From a virus (Duplodnaviria > Caudoviricetes), in IMG/VR virus record IMGVR_UViG_3300033067_002072, positions 1-48,943 of that record: 48,943 nucleotides of DNA. One strand, given 5' to 3'. A model generated the notes under the pieces. It had not been told where the DNA came from. It saw only the letters and a program-made list of their open reading frames with translations, and did no database searches. The translations under genes were made by a program, and so were the position numbers. Positions within the stretch are counted from its first letter, which is position 1. Each line of letters opens with the position of its first letter. This document shows positions 46,530 to 48,943 of this stretch, in pieces.

Positions 46530-46546
46530 ATATACACTATATACAC
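46530..46546 (-). promoter_or_regulatory. tandem GTGTATAT motifs upstream of the PAS gene
   Basis: Minus strand reads GTGTATATAGTGTATATT in the intergenic gap. Confidence 0.6.
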
Positions 46547-46565
46547 CATTAAAATTTATTTAGGA

Positions 46566-47267
46566 TTATGTTCGAATAATAGTAGAATATTTAATTCTAA
46601 ACTCTTCAAATTGTAATCGCGTATTATACTTTTGCCCGTATTCAGAATGAAATTTTTTATGACACCCAAAACACAAAGTGATACCATTATTTAAATCATA
46701 TCTTAGATGTAAATTACAATGAAAAGATTCTAGATGATGAGCAACAATTCTTTGTTTAGATTCACAAATAACACAAGTTCTTTTGTCTCTATCTTTTACA
46801 CCTGTTTTCCAATCAAATTCTTTTTGACAAAATTTGCGTTCTCGTTTTTTCTCACCAAGTTTACCATATTTCAATCTATTACTGTTAGACAATTCTAATA
46901 AACAGCCACAACTTAAAACCCTATGGTGTTTTAATAAAGAACCTCGTCCTACCCAAGAATTACCGCAATCACATTTGGCTTCCCATAATCGAGTACCACC
47001 TTTGTGATTGGGGGCGGGTTTCAAAGCAATCAATTTGCCAGAACGTATACCTTTTAAATCATTCCTTAAATACCGACAATCACCAAAACCACAAGAGGTT
47101 GTTAATCCTTGTCGTAACGAATTTTGTTTCACACTAGTTATTTTACCACATTCGCACCAACATAACCACTTTCTATCCAAATCTGTCTTAAAATCTTCAA
47201 AAATCACTAAAAGTTTTCCAAATCTTTGTCCTAATAAATTAATTTTTTTATGTTCGGGCCATCCCAT
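46566..47267 (-). CDS. HNH endonuclease with two N-terminal Cys-rich DNA-binding repeats
   Basis: LLGQRFGKL...WLCWCECG...SCG twice; CVIC...AHHL...NGITLCFGCHKKFH. Confidence 0.88.
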   Translation of the reverse strand: MGWPEHKKINLLGQRFGKLLVIFEDFKTDLDRKWLCWCECGKITSVKQNSLRQGLTTSCGFGDCRYLRNDLKGIRSGKLIALKPAPNHKGGTRLWEAKCDCGNSWVGRGSLLKHHRVLSCGCLLELSNSNRLKYGKLGEKKRERKFCQKEFDWKTGVKDRDKRTCVICESKQRIVAHHLESFHCNLHLRYDLNNGITLCFGCHKKFHSEYGQKYNTRLQFEEFRIKYSTIIRT

Positions 47268-47268
47268 A

Positions 47269-47640
47269 TTATTTACCTTCTATAGTTAAATGAGTCCATT
47301 TGTCACATTTTCCTGTTTGAGTTTTACAAATTAACAAACAATTACAAGGAGCGTTGTTTTTATTAGGATCGGGCCTACTACATTGCGAAGCACTAGTCAT
47401 CTTCCCATCTTTCTTGGTAGAAAATTCACAATTACGACAAATATCCCTATTCTTTTTAATATCCTCATCGCTATAAGATTTATCTCCGGTAATGCATTTA
47501 GCGATACCCATCGCCCCCTCTTTTAACCATTCCACCTTATTTGGTTGCTGTTTAAATGCTTCCAAAAGATTATGGGCAACATGAGTTGCTCCACCCTGAA
47601 ACATTGGTGTTGGTTGCCCTTTATTACAATTACATCCCAT
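47269..47640 (-). CDS. small Cys-rich protein (MGCNCNK...)
   Basis: SD AAGGAG; 10 Cys in 123 aa. Confidence 0.75.
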   Translation of the reverse strand: MGCNCNKGQPTPMFQGGATHVAHNLLEAFKQQPNKVEWLKEGAMGIAKCITGDKSYSDEDIKKNRDICRNCEFSTKKDGKMTSASQCSRPDPNKNNAPCNCLLICKTQTGKCDKWTHLTIEGK

Positions 47641-47650
47641 TCTTAACTCC

Positions 47651-48943
47651 TTAAGTACATCCAGTTGATCCTAAGAATCTAGAATCAGTTGCCCCTACAC
47701 CGGAGGCATAGCCCACTTGTGGATAACCACAATCAAACGTGGCTACATTATTTTCCCAATTCTTAATATAAATATACGTTTTACCATTCGTTGGTACGCT
47801 TGTGGGACAGTCACCCCATACTGGTTTTGCATCATCCGTTAATACTGTTAAACTACATGTACCAGTCCAGTTATATGGACTAGGACTACAGACGTTGGGG
47901 CTTGCGTTTCCACTCGAAACCCTACTTTCCACATAAGACGTAGTACCATAACCACATGAATTCAAAGTTTTAGTATAAGTGTAAGTGCCCTGTCCTCCAC
48001 AATTTTCAACATAGTTGATTCCGCGTGGAGAACAAGTTGAACCATCACCATCACATCCAAAATTACATCCACCTAAAGCAAAAGTGCCAGTTGGAACATT
48101 AAGAGGCGATGGGAAATCTTGACAACTAAAACAGTAGGTGAGATTGCTAGGTTGACTTGGATCAATCCAAACGCCGGAAGTACAGAAAGTACCTGCACAA
48201 GAAGTGCTTATGCTATTATTTTCAGTAAAACAAACATTGGTACCACCATTGATAGTACATCCACAAGTTGTAACAATTCGTGTTAAATTGATACTTAATG
48301 AATGAGAATTACTACCATTCCAACAAGCACCAAACGAATCACAACAACTTACCCCATCACAAACGCCCGGAGGGAAAGTACATTGTCCTCCCACATTGTA
48401 AAAATCATACAAGGTGCCGTTTAAACTTGTATCTGCCGCACATTTCTGTCTGGTACTATCAGCCGCTTCTGTTAGCGAATAGGTACTGGTTTGTGTAAAG
48501 GGATGGTGGACCTTAGCACTTATGCAGCAAGTACCACCCGTTTCTTCATAGGCAAATCCACATTCACAGCAAGCCGTCCCGCAATCAATATCAATTCGGC
48601 TACAGACACTACCGTTCGAACAAACACCGCTAGCCCGTAAAGGAGAAATAACTGGTCTAAATAGGGCCGTAAGAGTTACGCCCGTAGGTAGATAATCATA
48701 ATATTCAGGATAAACTAGCCCTAAATTTTCTATTCTATCCCAGTTTTCACATCTTGGACAGGAATTATATCTAAAAAGACTGCAATCAACACCATCAGGG
48801 GCCGTTCTACAACCACCGGGTAAACCAAAATAAGCAGAGCCACCGGGAATTTCTAAGATATTTGCAATAGTACCGCCCTGAATATCTTCGGGTCTAAAGT
48901 TCCAAGGATGGGTTGAGCAAAAGACACCAAGACCACGTTGGGC
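47651..48943 (-). CDS. large Cys-rich protein (>=430 aa), 5'-truncated by window edge; probably virion-associated
   Basis: Manual translation shows the frame open from 48943 to 47651; about 36 Cys; G/S/T-rich. Confidence 0.75.
   Translation of the reverse strand, partial: AQRGLGVFCSTHPWNFRPEDIQGGTIANILEIPGGSAYFGLPGGCRTAPDGVDCSLFRYNSCPRCENWDRIENLGLVYPEYYDYLPTGVTLTALFRPVISPLRASGVCSNGSVCSRIDIDCGTACCECGFAYEETGGTCCISAKVHHPFTQTSTYSLTEAADSTRQKCAADTSLNGTLYDFYNVGGQCTFPPGVCDGVSCCDSFGACWNGSNSHSLSINLTRIVTTCGCTINGGTNVCFTENNSISTSCAGTFCTSGVWIDPSQPSNLTYCFSCQDFPSPLNVPTGTFALGGCNFGCDGDGSTCSPRGINYVENCGGQGTYTYTKTLNSCGYGTTSYVESRVSSGNASPNVCSPSPYNWTGTCSLTVLTDDAKPVWGDCPTSVPTNGKTYIYIKNWENNVATFDCGYPQVGYASGVGATDSRFLGSTGCT

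Noticed and set aside
1-48943. Stop-codon reassignment
   Set aside because: Conserved genes are full length in the standard code, and TAA, TGA and TAG all end genes at sensible positions.
1-48943. tRNA, rRNA, CRISPR array, integrase or IS element
   Set aside because: Intergenic gaps are under about 90 nt; I saw no cloverleaf, spaced direct repeats or transposase/integrase motifs by eye.

Overview
This is a gene-dense, AT-rich (by eye mid-30s % GC) segment of a large tailed dsDNA bacteriophage. There are no host housekeeping operons, rRNA, tRNA or CRISPR arrays. Positions 1-45914 are almost entirely + strand. They encode nucleotide metabolism (dUTPase, dCMP deaminase, class II RNR with a mini-intein, dNMP kinase, GuaB/GuaC-family enzyme) and repair/counter-defence functions (RNA ligase, macrodomain, SLOG proteins). 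They also encode recombination and replication (RecA, DnaB, DnaG, RNase H, Cas4-like nuclease, DnaE split into two genes with a DnaQ-like gene between, Rad52-like annealase plus Whirly-like SSB), a sigma factor, a glycosyltransferase cluster and an embedded virion-like block (11750-16069). A bidirectional terminator near 45920 marks convergence with a - strand module: a membrane/PAS protein, an HNH nuclease and very Cys-rich proteins, the last running off the window end. Most notable: (1) an intein-less two-piece DnaE whose proofreading partner appears to need a non-canonical ATC start; (2) a Whirly-like SSB beside an annealase; (3) a holin-like membrane protein fused to a PAS sensor; (4) a GTGTATA intergenic motif, three times 14-15 nt before an SD-less ATG; (5) a possible virion glycosylation system. 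All family assignments come from motif recognition by eye; no searches were run.
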